Shown in pieces: positions 50,901-63,242 of a DNA stretch of 64,000 nucleotides. The DNA comes from Amphiscolops sp. MND2022 (taxonomy: Eukaryota). The notes beneath the pieces are model-generated. The model saw only the letters and a list, made by a program, of their open reading frames with translations, searched no databases and was not told the origin of the DNA. The position numbers were made by a program, and so were the translations under genes. The DNA lies in contig OZ076420.1 in assembly GCA_964187785.1 (NCBI GenBank), forward strand, positions 2,046,001 to 2,110,000, written 5' to 3'. Within the stretch, counting starts at the first letter, position 1. Every line of letters begins with the position of its first letter.

Positions 50901-53449
50901 CTTTTAAATCCTTTTGAATTTCAGCGTCACATCGATCGAGTAATCCATCATCTTTTGCCAATTTTCGTTGAAGGCCCTGGAGATGAAGTTCTGCGAGGCG
51001 ACGAATATTTAGTAAACATTGGTCATTTATCGAAAGTAAACCCGTTTCGTAATGACCCGAAGGAGTTTTATTGCAGGTGGACTCTAAAATCTTCAGAGCC
51101 TTCTGATTGTCAATGGTATCTATGTCCTTCTCCCTCGGGGTTCCTTGCGATTCCACTTGCCACCAATCGGAAACTTTATCGAAGAGTGCGGACTCCCAAA
51201 TGAAACAATCGTCACAAAAGTAAGTGTCAACTATTTTGTTTTGGTTGGATATTGTTTCACTGGTAGACATACAAGGCCCCGTTAGAAACCAGCCCAATAA
51301 ACATTGAACTGCCGTAGGCGTGTTTGCAGGGCCAGATAAGATGTTTCTACCTACTATCAGATCGAACACATCTAATCAGAGAAGGGCCGTGACGTCGCAT
51401 ATTTTGAGATTTGGAAAATTAATGGCATTCAGGTGTTTGTACGAAGCAGAAACGTGAGAACGATTTATGTTTAGTTGTGGAATCTGAGGGTTCTCCATCA
51501 CGAGAACTTTTTTCCAGAGATATTTCACTGAGCTGGAGGAATCTGCTATTTCTAAATCTCCCTCGTGCACGTACTGAGAACAAGCAGTATTAATTCTACG
51601 CAAAGTCAATTCTTTCGGGTTACGAAGTGGATTTTTTAGGGCCAGAGCCATGTCCTTGTATAAAATGCTGCAAGTACTACCCTGATCTAAAAACGCGTAC
51701 GTGGTCACATGACAATCGTTATTGTGAATTGTAAGTGATAAAATTTGAAGTAGAACAGTTGTATTGGGCTCCCCTTGTGTTGCAAGGACGTGTTCGGTTG
51801 TAGTAGTAGAGTCAACTGAGACATTAATTGAACGTTGTGCTGATAGAATTGATGGTCGACCGCCATGAAGTAATGTATTATGCCGTTCATTGCAATTGCG
51901 AAACTTGCAGGAGTGTTGCGAAGGACATTGCGTTACTTTGTGGTTGGGACTTGAGCAGTTGAAGCAAAAGTTTAACTTTTGTACAACGATGTAACATTCT
52001 TGCGGTGATTTGTTTTTTAAAAGTGTGCACTGAACAAATTTAAGGGACAAAAACTCGATGAATTGCGAGAAGGAAGTTGTGAGTTTGTTGTAACATTTTT
52101 CTGAGGGCTCGTGCAACGCTGAGTGCTTTGCGATTTCCATTGAGAGTTAAAATTTCCATAGTTGGAAGTGTCATTGGATCTGAGTGTTGAAACTTGCGGA
52201 GCGTACCATGTTTCTCTAAAAGTCGCTGTGACATTTTCTTGATGAGGCATAGTGCTTAGGTGAGGTATCCGTTCCATCGCTTGGGCAATACGTTTCAACC
52301 AGCTGTTGAATGTTTCAAGTGTCGGGTGGCCCATTTTTCCAATGATGAGAAATTGATGCAATTTGATAGCTGTGAGGCAGTTTGTCGGTTGCGTGTTTCA
52401 ATTTTGCTGTAGAATCAACGTCTGCAAAAAATTTATGTTCTTTGAATGTCTGAACCAATGCATTTAGGAAAGATGAAAAATTTGAATATGTTTCCGGTCG
52501 GGAAGGGACGGGTGGGGCATATGAAGCAAGCTTTTCAAAGAAACTATTTACGATTAGTGAGGGTTGTCCGAATCGCAAACGGAGTTCTTCCATTGCTCGA
52601 TGGAAAAGATCACCATTGCACTTAAACCCTTCAATTGTTTCCTTTGCACGGCCTTTGGTCAGTCCCTGAAGGTACGCGATCTTCTGATCATTTGTCATTT
52701 GAGTGTTGCCGATCATGAACTGGAACCTACTACTCCAATCACTCCTCTTGAGCGGATTACCATCAAACGGATCAAGTTGAAGTTGTGGTAGCAACTGTAA
52801 GAAAGTGTTAAAAATGTATGGCTGTTGTACCATTGGTGGGAACGGTGGTGCGTTTGCCGATGATGTGGAAGGTGTGTTGTCACCATTGGATCCCCTTAAC
52901 TCAGTGCAACCTGCAACTGTTGCTTGTGCCGAGGCAAGTTGAGAACAGTGGATTGGTTCGGCAATTTGATCCGCTTGGCGTCCTGATTAGTCAAGGCGGT
53001 GTCAACGCCTAGATTTGTATCTTGGCCGTTTATTGCTTGTGAGTTCGATTGTGTAAATCCATTGCCATCAACTGCTTCTGCAGGTAATGCAGTATTTATG
53101 GCACTTCCCTCACTCTGATGGCCAACAGTGAATGGGTTTGTGCGTTTGGTAGATAGCTCCAAAACCTGAGAGAGTCAGCTTCCAAAGTCACTTGGAGCAG
53201 ATCATCAGTCAGCGAGTCCTGCTCGTCTGTCGATTCCGCTAAGTCAATCGCAGCAAAAGTTTGTTCTTCCAATTGCGTTAGTTGATCGTCAAGGTTTTGC
53301 TGCAATTGGACTGCCAGAGTCAAGTCATTGTCAGTTACTGCTCTATTGAGTGTGGAGAGTGTTGGTTGAACGCGTTGTTTCAAAATGCGCAATTCCGATT
53401 TCACAACTGCGGCTGAAGCAGTTTTTTGTTTGTTAAGCATTGTGTACAA
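47936..53449 (-). pseudogene. BEL/Pao gag-pol (DUF1759-like gag, multiple Cys/His knuckles, protease, RT, Pao RNase H, integrase, DUF5641-like tail), frameshifted
   Basis: FDGNPLKRSDWSSRF; CFNCSSPNHKVTQC; FLDQGS; WYLPHYGI...KLRRI; MDDY; FCDASM.A; SDNASNF; FWKRLMKEY. Confidence 0.93.
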
Positions 53450-54289
53450 GCTAATAAATCATGAGAAGCAGAAAAATTATCAATCAATAACCTTGGCTAC
53501 CCAAGTCACATCAAACCAATATGCGTTTCTGAAATATTAGACTTCGTAAACAATTTAAAAAACAACAGTCAGATCTTCAGTATTCTTGTGTAGGCAGGTC
53601 ATTTCACAGCTGAGGACTGTTTGTTCCTTTTAGCTGCTCGGCGGCGTTTGGAAAGCCGTGTTTTTTTTGGTAAATCGGTGTAATTGGTTTTGATAGCGTC
53701 TGATAATGTTTAATGTTCTCAATTCCAAAATGGCTTTTTGGTGTAGCTGTCAAAATTCTTCGAGGAAAAACTGCTTTCGAACTTGTCGAGCAGGTAGAAG
53801 ATCATTAACTAAGTCTATTACAGGTACTCCAGTTGACCGAAGTTGTTGGAGAACGTTTGGGGCACCAACTCTTTGACAATAAATAATAGCAGATAAACGA
53901 GGTTTGATTTTCAAAACACTTCCAAAGAGTTTTTGAGGTGATTAAGCCTTGTAAAAATTGCTCTTGTGCTGTGAAATGGTATTGTTGATGATATCGTGCC
54001 AGAGAATTATGTTTTCGGTTTTTTTCAAGTGGTACTGCAAAAGGAAATTCAGGGATTTGTTCCTGTTCTGCACAAAAGTTTGGAGGGTGGCACCAGGTAT
54101 TGCTAACACGTATGTATACAAGCGTTTGCGACTGTTTTTGGAAGAGTTTGCATTGCATGATGTAATGAACTACTGGCAGCTACGATGAACATCAACGGAA
54201 AAAAGAAAGAACAACTTTCGATTTTGTGTATTTCAAATAAAAGTAATCGTCCAATTTTGACAGTTCGAGGGGAATAAAAAAGCAGATTT

Positions 54290-54306
54290 ATCACGTCGGG
54301 GTCACC
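54290..54306 (-). promoter_or_regulatory. BEL primer-binding site complementary to the tRNA-Trp 3' end
   Basis: Minus strand GGTGACCCCGACGTGAT equals the known animal tRNA-Trp PBS TGGTGACCCCGACGTGAT without its first T; 9 nt from the LTR. Confidence 0.8.
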
Positions 54307-54601
54307 GGAACTTGATGTGATAGACTCAAACTTAAAACTTTCAAATAATAAATTCGAATTGCCTCACCGGGGTTTGTGGAAGAAAAGATGCTGTTCTTTT
54401 AATCCCATTAATTTGCTCGTTTCCAAAATAAGATTGAACCAAACCATGCATAAATTTGACACTGAATTCTGAATGCGAAAAACAATGACTCATGCATCAA
54501 AACCAAGAAAGTCAATCAAATCAATTTCCAGAATAGGGTCTGCGTCCCGTTCGTTGCGTTTTCGGGCAGTTTCTTTGATTGCTCCAATTGCGTAAACTGC
54601 T

Positions 54602-55867
54602 CATTACGATACACGTACCGGTAAGCTTCTGTCAGTCAAGCTGCGTAATCTGAGTAAAATGGTAAAATGGTCATTCAGCGTAAGTTAGTCAAGACGGTCT
54701 ATGCTTCAACGGTGTAGCAAAATCAACGCGCGTAATGGAAAATTGTGTAAGTTAGTCAAAACACGTAATTAGAAAAAAGCGGAAGTTAGTCCAAAAATAC
54801 TCTTTTTCGTAAGTCAGTCAAAACGTTGACTAACTTCCACTTTTTGCAAATTGAGGGACTCCTATACTTCCGAAAAGTGGAATGTGGTCAAAATTTTGAC
54901 TAACTTACACCATGTTTTTATGCATTATATGCCTTGAAAGAAATCAATTACCATTCGCAAATGTTGAAGAGTCACTCTTCAACATTTGCGAATGGCCCAT
55001 TCCCGGGGAATTGATTCCTTTCAAGGCGATATAGCTGAAAGGTTATAGTAAATAAAAATAAATAAAAATAAAAATAAATGAATTAAAATATACAAATAAT
55101 GAATTCGATTGTGAGGATTCATGATATTATTCATTTATTCAATCGATTAAAAATTAATTGATGTTTATTGATATTATTCAATAAAAAATTAATAACGTAC
55201 ATATTTGGTTTTGATCCCTGTTGTGAGCAACATCAAGAGAAGTTGTAACAAATAATCTATACGAAGTTGAAACTTTATCAAACCGAAAACAGTAGTTTAT
55301 GGAATACCGATCTTGAATTATTGAACTAAAAACGAAGTTTGGACCATGTGCCTTATTCTCCCTCAGATAAATACTGTTTCTTATCCAACAACACCCCCCC
55401 CCATCCAAGACTTCCCAAACAAATGAAAGTAGGTCTCATAATGAAGGGGCGGTTGCTTCATTGAACTTGGTAATTTTGGTCGCTGTCGTGAGCACTTCCT
55501 GTAGTCAGATTTACTGTTTATGCGATTTGATACTGTGTAGGCGAATCAAGCAGTGTAGTTACGAGTCGGCGTGTGCAGCTCACCAGTAAAAACCCGTAAT
55601 TGCCAGAACTATGTGTAAATATGAGATGCACAGTGTAGTTAGTCAAATTGCTTAAACTAGTCATATGGTGTAAGCTAGTCAATTACTGTACTATCCAATG
55701 GTGTAAACTAGTCAACGTACGTAGCAAAATCAACGAGTGTAACGGCCTATCAATGCGCGTAATGTGAGAAAAGTGTAAAACTTCCAAAAAAAATATTCGC
55801 GCTCTGATTGGACAAAAATCGAACTAGCAGGATCCTGCTAGTTCGTACCGGCATGTGTATCGTAATG
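54602..55867. mobile_element. 1,266-bp non-autonomous TIR DNA transposon (CMC/EnSpm-like)
   Basis: 22-bp TIR CATTACGATACACnnnCCGGTA (2 mismatches); 2-bp TSD CT; many (G)TTAGTCAA subterminal repeats; excision restores Gypsy pol IPPNT-AVYAIG. Confidence 0.88.
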
Positions 55868-56102
55868 CTGTGTTGGGTGGTATTTTGAATATTTTTGTTA
55901 CCTAAGTAGATAGCTTTTGTTGTTCTTTTTCGTATATTGCTCGTTGTTTGCTTAGTGCCTTTCTGGCAAAAACTTCTTGTTCTGATTCTTCTTCTTCGTC
56001 TGGTAGGAAAATAGGATGTTCTTCATCGGCGATATCCGTTGATTGTAGATTGAGTTCGATGGGCGTCGTTATGATGTCGTCCCGTAGTTTAAGTTGTACT
56101 TT

Positions 56103-57646
56103 TTATTTAGGGGTCTGTTCTAGTCGGGACAGGAAGTCGGCTGCAATATTTTGCCATTCCGCTACGTGCATGATGCGGAATCTAAATTGTAGTTCGTAGT
56201 CACATGCATTCCATAAGGTAGGTGGGTGGTTTTTTGAAAAAACCTCGTTACCGATCTGTTGTCTGTTAGTAGTAGCGTCGGCAGTGTCGTTTCCCACAGG
56301 ATGTGACTGTACTCTAGGAACGCGTGGTAGATGGCAAGGAATTCTTTGCTGTATATCGACATATTCAGCTAGGACGGAGAGAACACGTGTGATCCGAAGG
56401 CAAATGGGGTGAAGGTTTTCCGTGTCAAGAGTATCTTTTTGTCGTCGTTTTCCTCTATCATTAGTGCGTATCCAGATGCTCTGAAGCTTTCGTCTGTCAA
56501 TAATACGTATTGTTTCCCTCCGACAGATTGTCTGATTGCTAATCCACATGCTTCTGCGAGGCTTGCTCTAATTGTTTTAAATTCGTTGACAAGCTCCTCA
56601 GAGATGATTATTTTTGCATCTGCTTTCAAGAGTTCATACATTCCAATCATCTTCTCTGATAGTCGGGGTAAACAGTTTCTGTAGTAGTTGACGAATCGAA
56701 AGTATTTCTAGACTTGTTTCTTGGACGTGGGAAACCTATTTTTTGATAGAAATGTATTAGGCTACTCCGTCCGAGGTAATGGTTCTTCCAAGGAATTCGA
56801 CTTGGGTGACGCCAAAGAGGCATGTTTCAATTGTCAGTTTTAGGCCAGCTTCGCGTATGTATGAATTTGAAAACTGCTCTGATATTTTTTATGAGTTGCT
56901 CCGTTGTATTGGCGGCAACCCCAATATCGTCTATATATTGGGCACACTGATCTGCTTTGATGACTGTGTCGAGGTACTCCCGCAAGAAACTTGAGAATGC
57001 TGAAAAGGCCCTGCTGAGTCCTTGGGCAAGCCTTCGGTAGGCAAACGTCCTACTAGCAAAATTAAACGCAAGCAGTTCTACTGACCTTTGATCTGCCATT
57101 TGGAGGCAGTGGTAGGCTTGGGAGCATTCGAGTTTACAGAACATCTTTTTCCCCGCTACGTGTTGCGCAGCATCTGAGAGGGTGCTGATGGGGTAGTTGT
57201 TGTTGATGTAGTCATCGGAGAGAGGGCGTTGATCTTCCACAAGTCCACTGATAGACGCAGTTTTAGTCGTTGGGTTTACGTTGTGCAAAGATGGGGCTGG
57301 TGTATTTGGAGAATGGGAGGGTTGTGATGATCCCATATTTGTCCATTAAGGCCAGTTCCACCCTGAGGTCCTCTTTGAGGTTTATGGGTACCGGTAAGCT
57401 CTGTGTGTATACGGGCTTGTCATTTTTAGGAACTAAGCATACCTTGAATTGAGTATTCATTCCGATGTCGAGACGGTGGCGGGCGAAGCTATCATTGTAT
57501 TCAATAATGGACTCCAGGTTTTCACGATTTTCTTCCGTTAATAGTGACTCGTTCCATTTGAACATTGAAAAGAACTGAGTTCTAGAGCGTTCGTCTTGTT
57601 TAGAGTCTGAGAAATCGTTGCTGAATGGGGGTGTGTTCTGACTCAT
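56103..57646 (-). pseudogene. Older Gypsy RT and RNase H remnant
   Basis: QAYHCLQMAD...FAYRRLAQGL...YIDD; LTDESF..SGYAL, ELLAIY/LLTDNRS RNase H motifs across frameshifts. Confidence 0.9.
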
Positions 57647-58319
57647 CTCCGGGATTCTCGGTGTTGGGAACCAAAGTTTTTCTTCTGTATCTTCTGGGGA
57701 ATCGGCTTGCTGACATACGCAACAAAGTCGTCATGTTCTTTGAGAAGGTTGAGTGCTGCTATGTCTAACAGCCGTATCGATTTCGTTTCTTCGGGCTTTA
57801 GTGTTTGTAGTTATGCCAGTTTGGTGTGTGGGTTAATTGTGTACGGGAAATTTGTTGTGTTGGCTAGTTTTTTTGGCTACGCGTTTGTCTCGGGTTGTTG
57901 TTAGGGCTACAATGAGTTTTGCTGCCTCGTCAAACTGTGGTAGGGGTTGTACTGTCCCAGTTGTTGGGTGGTCTTTACTCACTGTTACAGACGCGTGGAT
58001 GATTCGTGTAGCCTTTGCTGGGATGGTATGTTTTCCCTCAGTCTTGATGGTTATGGGTTTCGGGTTGCACTACTGCATCTCGTATGTTAGAGCCAAGGTG
58101 ATTTGTATTTTCGGGAAGTCTATAGTGCCTTGTGCGGTGTCAATGATTGCGGAAAGTTTTCGGAGTAAAGTCAGACCTATTATTGGGTAGGACGTTTTGG
58201 TCGTGATGATGGTTTCTTCGAACAAGCAGTCTTCGATTGAATTTCAGCGTGTATGTGGCAAGGGTGTTCTCGAGTTCGGTGTTGGCGTATTGTATTTTGA
58301 AAGGGTCGGTGGTGCTTTT

Positions 58320-59352
58320 TCAATTATGGATGCATTTGCTTCCCTTTTGTATTTTCTCCGCGTCTCGTTCGCTGATGACTTTTATATAGGCCCCTGAGTT
58401 GACTAGAACGTTGATTTCAACCTCTTGGAAATCAAGGGGGATGAAAAGCATCATCTTTCTCTTCTTGAGCATAATGGCTGACATTAACCGGATATAGTCA
58501 TCATGTTTATCGTGTTGTATGAATTCTTTGACGACATTGAGGTCGCAAGGCTGTCGTTGTGGGCATTCCGCTACGTCTTCGTTGTATGTGCGGTAGGTGG
58601 TGGTGGGGAGGGAGAAGGGATATCCTCGCTTTGTGGTTTTGCTTGTCGTGACCAAATCGTTTTGTCTTCGATACAATTGATGTCTATTGGTGGCATCTAT
58701 TGGTGGAGACGTAAAAGTGACCGATTTTTATTTTGTTTTTGAATAACTCTTCGAAAAAATCGAATTTTTTAGACTTACCATCAAACACTGGTAGTGATGC
58801 CGTGAGCGCTTTTGGCATAGCGGGCAAATTGGACGGTCGGTAAACGTCTGGTTGTGGTGCGAACAGTAGTCTCGATGTCGAGGGACGTTCGTTGGGTTGC
58901 AGACTTTGTGAGAGATGTGAGCTTGTTTTCTTTTTCCCCAGATTCGTGGAGTCATTAAGGAATCCTGTCACCACGTTACTATTTACCGGGGTAGTTTTCA
59001 GCGTAGCCGCAGTCGTTTTAGCTTTTACAGGTGTTAATGTTACTGCTAACGGAACGTTTCCGGATCAAGAATCAGGTTCTTCGGGAGTGCTCAAAGTAGT
59101 TTGTTTTTCGGCAACAGGTGCTATTAATTTCAGCATTTCCTTTTGGTTTTCAGCTAAGATTTTTGTGAGGTCAGACAGAATCTCTTTCCCAAGTGTAGAT
59201 TTTATTTCCTCTAAATTCTCAGTTCCGGGATTTGACCATTTACTCGTTCCGGGTACGGGATGTTCAGTCTGATTATTTCCACTCAAAGGAGTCTCTTGGT
59301 ATACAGAAACTAATTCTTCTACTGCTTCCTTTTTCTGGCTTCTATTAGTCAT
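58320..59352 (-). pseudogene. Older Gypsy gag (internally deleted) and protease remnant
   Basis: LPVFDGKSKKFDFFEELF gag motif; degenerate VNSGAY protease motif; stops and frameshifts. Confidence 0.75.
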
Positions 59353-60868
59353 TTTAGTAAGAGAGAAAGAAAATTCTTTATGTTTTGAAATTCTTCAGAA
59401 AAAGTGTTTTGTTTTCAACCTAGTATTCACGTAACAGCAAAGGATTGAGTTAAATATGTATATGTGCTCTAGACATGTATATATAATATATATATACAGG
59501 CATATTTTCTCGCCTAAAAATTCCTTGGAATCAAAAAAATCGGTTTTGTTTGTAAAAATCCTTAAAAATCCTTATTATTTTAGCCCTTCGATCATTAGTT
59601 CAGATTTCAAAATTTCTAGTCACTGCTACCTTACGGGATGGTTGTAGATAACATTTTTGTTCAGCAATTCTATTTCCGGTTTAGTCAAAGAAAGCGGCAG
59701 AATAAAAGTCTAGTTAAGTTTCTACCGAAGAAAGCACGCTGACGTGGACAATGATTCAGCGGAAGACCAGCAAAAAAACGTCCTTTCACGGCAAAAGACT
59801 GACAAGCAGAAAATAGCTATGATAATTTTATCGAAAACCCTAAGCTAAGCTGCCAAAAAGAATTAAGCGGCCTCATGGAAGGAACAAATGATGTGGAAAA
59901 TGATGAATACAAGACAACAATTGGGCGTACATGCTCTATAACATTGTAATAATCTACACAAACTTTACATGCTCATGAATTGTAATGAACAGGTTTCTCA
60001 AGCAAACAACTGACATAGCAAGTAGTAGAAATAGAGAAGAGCACATTTTCAGCATCACTACACTATGCAAAGATAGTTCATTTCCTTGTTTCAACCTACC
60101 GCACGACTTTCCAAATCATTCCCAGCAAAACGGAAGATATTCGGAACGAAATACTTCAAGTACTAATAATAATAGCGGACAAAAGCAATCTTGATTTTAC
60201 ATTTTGCTCCGTAACTGCTCCGTACGTATTAAGATTGGATATAGCAAGCTTGAAATCCATTAAATTTACAATTTGCACCGTAGCTGCTCCGTACGTAACA
60301 CTTATGGTCCGTAAAATTAGAAAATGCAAACCACTGGCTCAGTCTAAGCCGCGTCTATTACGTTGTTAATATTTACTTAGATTGCGCACTTGTAATTTGA
60401 ATAGATTTTGACAGCTCCTTCAACCACTATAGTGCCATTTCTATTGTGTTTTGTATTTTTCTTTTTCAGATTTGACAATGTTATTCGTTGGGATCGCGTA
60501 TTCAAATATTGATCTCTTTTGTTTTTCAGGGTGGAAAAGAAATTATTTTATTTCATTTGTGTATTCTTTTAATCGCTAAGATTGATATGGAAAACGGTGC
60601 GGACTGAGACCGGAAATAAAATATCTCAAGCGTGAGTTAATAGACCGGAAGTTTCTATCCTGTCGGAAATCACTTTTTGGGTTCTTACGTAACGGTTACG
60701 TTTATTGAAAAAATATTTCGCCTTAGCAATTTGTCGTGCTGTAACGTAAGAAAAACAAAGTAAGATATTTACTTATTTACTTTTTGAAAGCTCCCTGGCC
60801 GAGTCCAGTGTAAAATTTATGTATTCCTTCATGGCAGGTGTAGCACCGACCGGGAGCGGGTCGTGACA
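58974..60868 (-). repeat. 5' LTR of the older Gypsy, followed by PBS TGGTGACAGGAT (58973-58962)
   Basis: Homologous to 43944-45894 over its length except the first ~74 nt; contains the gag start (59352). Confidence 0.88.
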
Positions 60869-60977
60869 ACTTCTTCGTAGAAAACTTTTCCATTTTTTCA
60901 AAAGACTGTCGATAACGGTATTCCCAATTTTTCTGATAGTTTTTAAAGATCCTTTGTCTCATTTTAATAAACATATC
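60869..60977 (-). CDS. Unknown host gene, exon C, interrupted by the older Gypsy
   Basis: TTTCTCCTAG acceptor in phase 0, DMFIKMRQRIF...FSTKK, ending at the ACTTC TSD. Confidence 0.65.
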
Positions 60978-61168
60978 CTAGGAGAAAGTTATGATCAAAA
61001 ATGGTCGGTTTCCGGCAACCAGAAGTTGTTATGAACAAACTAAATGAACTAACCTAAGCTTGAAAGATAATGAACAACTTTAATCCTTGGAACTTTTTCC
61101 TCAAAGCTTACGGATTTTTAAGGTAGTTAGATTTTCTGGATTAGGTTCATTCTCGATTTTTGTCATAC

Positions 61169-61497
61169 GCTATAGAACACAAACCTGCCGCGTGCATGGG
61201 CGTAAAAAAGGGTGTCTGAATCCAATTTTCCTGTATAATCCTGTTTATAGTCGGGATTCATGAGCAGGTAGAGACTTGGTTCATTTTGGGCTGTCTTGTT
61301 TTCCCAGAAAAAGTTGACTCTCGCCATGGTGTAAAAAGTCCAATGGTGCCAAATTAGAAAACTGTACTTTGACGAATGAATGGATTTGCCAAAAGCCCAA
61401 TTTCTTGCAGATAGAAGATTTCGGGTTAGGATCCGACTATCATTGCCCAATACATCTTCTGTGGATATCAAAGATTTCAGTCCCGATGGATTCTTAA
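61169..61497 (-). CDS. Unknown host gene, exon B (KNPSGLK...FYAHARGRFVFYS)
   Basis: TTTTTTTCCAG acceptor (phase 1), GTATGA donor (phase 0), 109 codons with no stop. Confidence 0.7.
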
Positions 61498-61548
61498 CTG
61501 GAAAAAAACACACAGCGAATAACATAAAGAGAAAACGTATTATAAACA

Positions 61549-62169
61549 ACCAAGACGGGAACGTCTAAAGTCGGCGCTATATCTAAGGCTCAAAAAGCTC
61601 AGAGTTTTCTAAATATGCCCAGGATGTATTCATGAAAAGCTTTGAAAACACTTTCGAGACACCCAAAGTGCTCGATATGACTGGAAAGTCACTTTTCCCG
61701 ACTGGAAACAAAAAAAAATTGAAATTTTTTTGAAAAATTTTTTTGAAAAGTTTTTTCTGAAAAAAACTTCGAAAACGTCGCATAGTGCCAAAAAATGAAA
61801 AGGGGGGACCCTTTGGGACTCATTAACATACTTTTTGTTGCAAAATATCAAAAAATCCGAAGGGGGGACCCTTTTGAAAAATTAAAAATTTTCGAAAAAA
61901 AATTCGCACAGTGCCGAAAAAAAATTGAAAGGGGGGACCCTTTGGAGTCTTCCGGTTTTGTAGGTTACGTAAAAAAGGTAAAAAACGAAAGGGGGGACCC
62001 TTTGCAGTAAGTTTGCATTGGTCGAACTTGGCCTGAGTGAACTTATCAGTTTCTGTGAAAAGTGGTACATACGCGATGAGCTCTGTGGTCTGACGAAAAA
62101 AAAAGAAAAAAAACTAGCCACTGTACTAGTCGGGCTTTTTTCCTTAAAGGAAAAGGCGCCGACTAAAAA
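61549..62169 (-). mobile_element. HINE/Helentron-like element in a host intron
   Basis: Near-identical to 8189-8817 with the same termini. Confidence 0.7.
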
Positions 62170-62812
62170 TGAGTGACTTCATAAGGAAAAATAGTGTGAA
62201 CAAATTTTGTATCAATTCCAAATGTCACCCTGGAAATGAAATGAAAATGAAGGTTTCTGGTTTGTATTCGTCTTTTTTCATGAAATTTTCACTGATTTTC
62301 CACAAAAATTTCGGCGGCGGGGGTTCAGAAAAGAGCCTTTGCAGGCATTCAATTACGCCACACTTGCTTGAAGCGTCACAAAAGATGCCTATTGACTTAT
62401 CATTACGAACGGATGAAGAGAATCCGAGAGATGCGGTGGAACATGGGTGTAGCTTTGCCCCCCGAAGCGAAGCCCGTTACAATTTGTCGGAGGCTGAGAA
62501 GATGCATTTTCCAGATATTCGTTTAGTTGAACAGTTTTGAACAAAAATTTCGTCGCATTCGAGTCTGTTTTGAAGCAAAACAAAAAAACAGTGACTGTAA
62601 TAGTTGGGCTCTTTTATTAATACTAATTAAGATTCGACTAAGATTGCGGAATTGCTATTGTAAAAAAGCATACCTTATACCTTTTTTTGGGGTGCAGTTG
62701 GTATTAGCAATTTCGAGTGTATGAGACAACTAAGGTTAGAATCAATGATTTAGGCTATCAAGCAAAAAGCATAACCAGTGTTTCACAGAATCTAATCAGT
62801 AAAATGACCAAC

Positions 62813-63042
62813 CTTGTATAGTAGCCGGTTCTCTGGTGTATTTCTTCTCATCACTAGCGTTGCACTTGAAAAGTTCAAAATCTTTCATCAGGAAAGTTTC
62901 TAAACCACTTCCGGTTTTTTTCTTGTGTCGATGACTAATTGCAATTAGGACGGCCATCACATTTCCATATTTGGAGACATCGAAAGTCGGCATTTCGTCT
63001 AAGTCACCGATCTCTATGGTTGTGACCAGGGATGTAAAGTAT
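62813..63042 (-). CDS. Unknown host gene, exon A (5' end lies in the gap)
   Basis: Open frame YFTSLVTTIEIG...REPATIQ; donor G|GTTGGT in phase 1 matches exon B. Confidence 0.6.
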
Positions 63043-63242
63043 NNNNNNNNNNNNNNNNNNNNNNNNNNNNNNNNNNNNNNNNNNNNNNNNNNNNNNNNNN
63101 NNNNNNNNNNNNNNNNNNNNNNNNNNNNNNNNNNNNNNNNNNNNNNNNNNNNNNNNNNNNNNNNNNNNNNNNNNNNNNNNNNNNNNNNNNNNNNNNNNNN
63201 NNNNNNNNNNNNNNNNNNNNNNNNNNNNNNNNNNNNNNNNNN
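63043..63242. other. Assembly gap (200 N)
   Basis: Run of N. Confidence 1.

Larger units (their letters stand above)
47594..54535 (-). mobile_element. BEL/Pao LTR retrotransposon (6,942 bp) inserted in the older Gypsy pol
   Basis: LTRs 47594-47846 and 54316-54535; 5-bp TSD GGGTC (47589-47593 and 54536-54540); removing it restores ...RDADP/LLK. Confidence 0.95.
43944..60868 (-). mobile_element. Older Gypsy LTR retrotransposon with nested insertions
   Basis: TSD ACTTC (43939-43943 and 60869-60873); termini TGTTACGAC...GTCGTGACA; ~1.9-kb diverged LTRs; degenerate gag-PR-RT-RH-IN. Confidence 0.93.
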
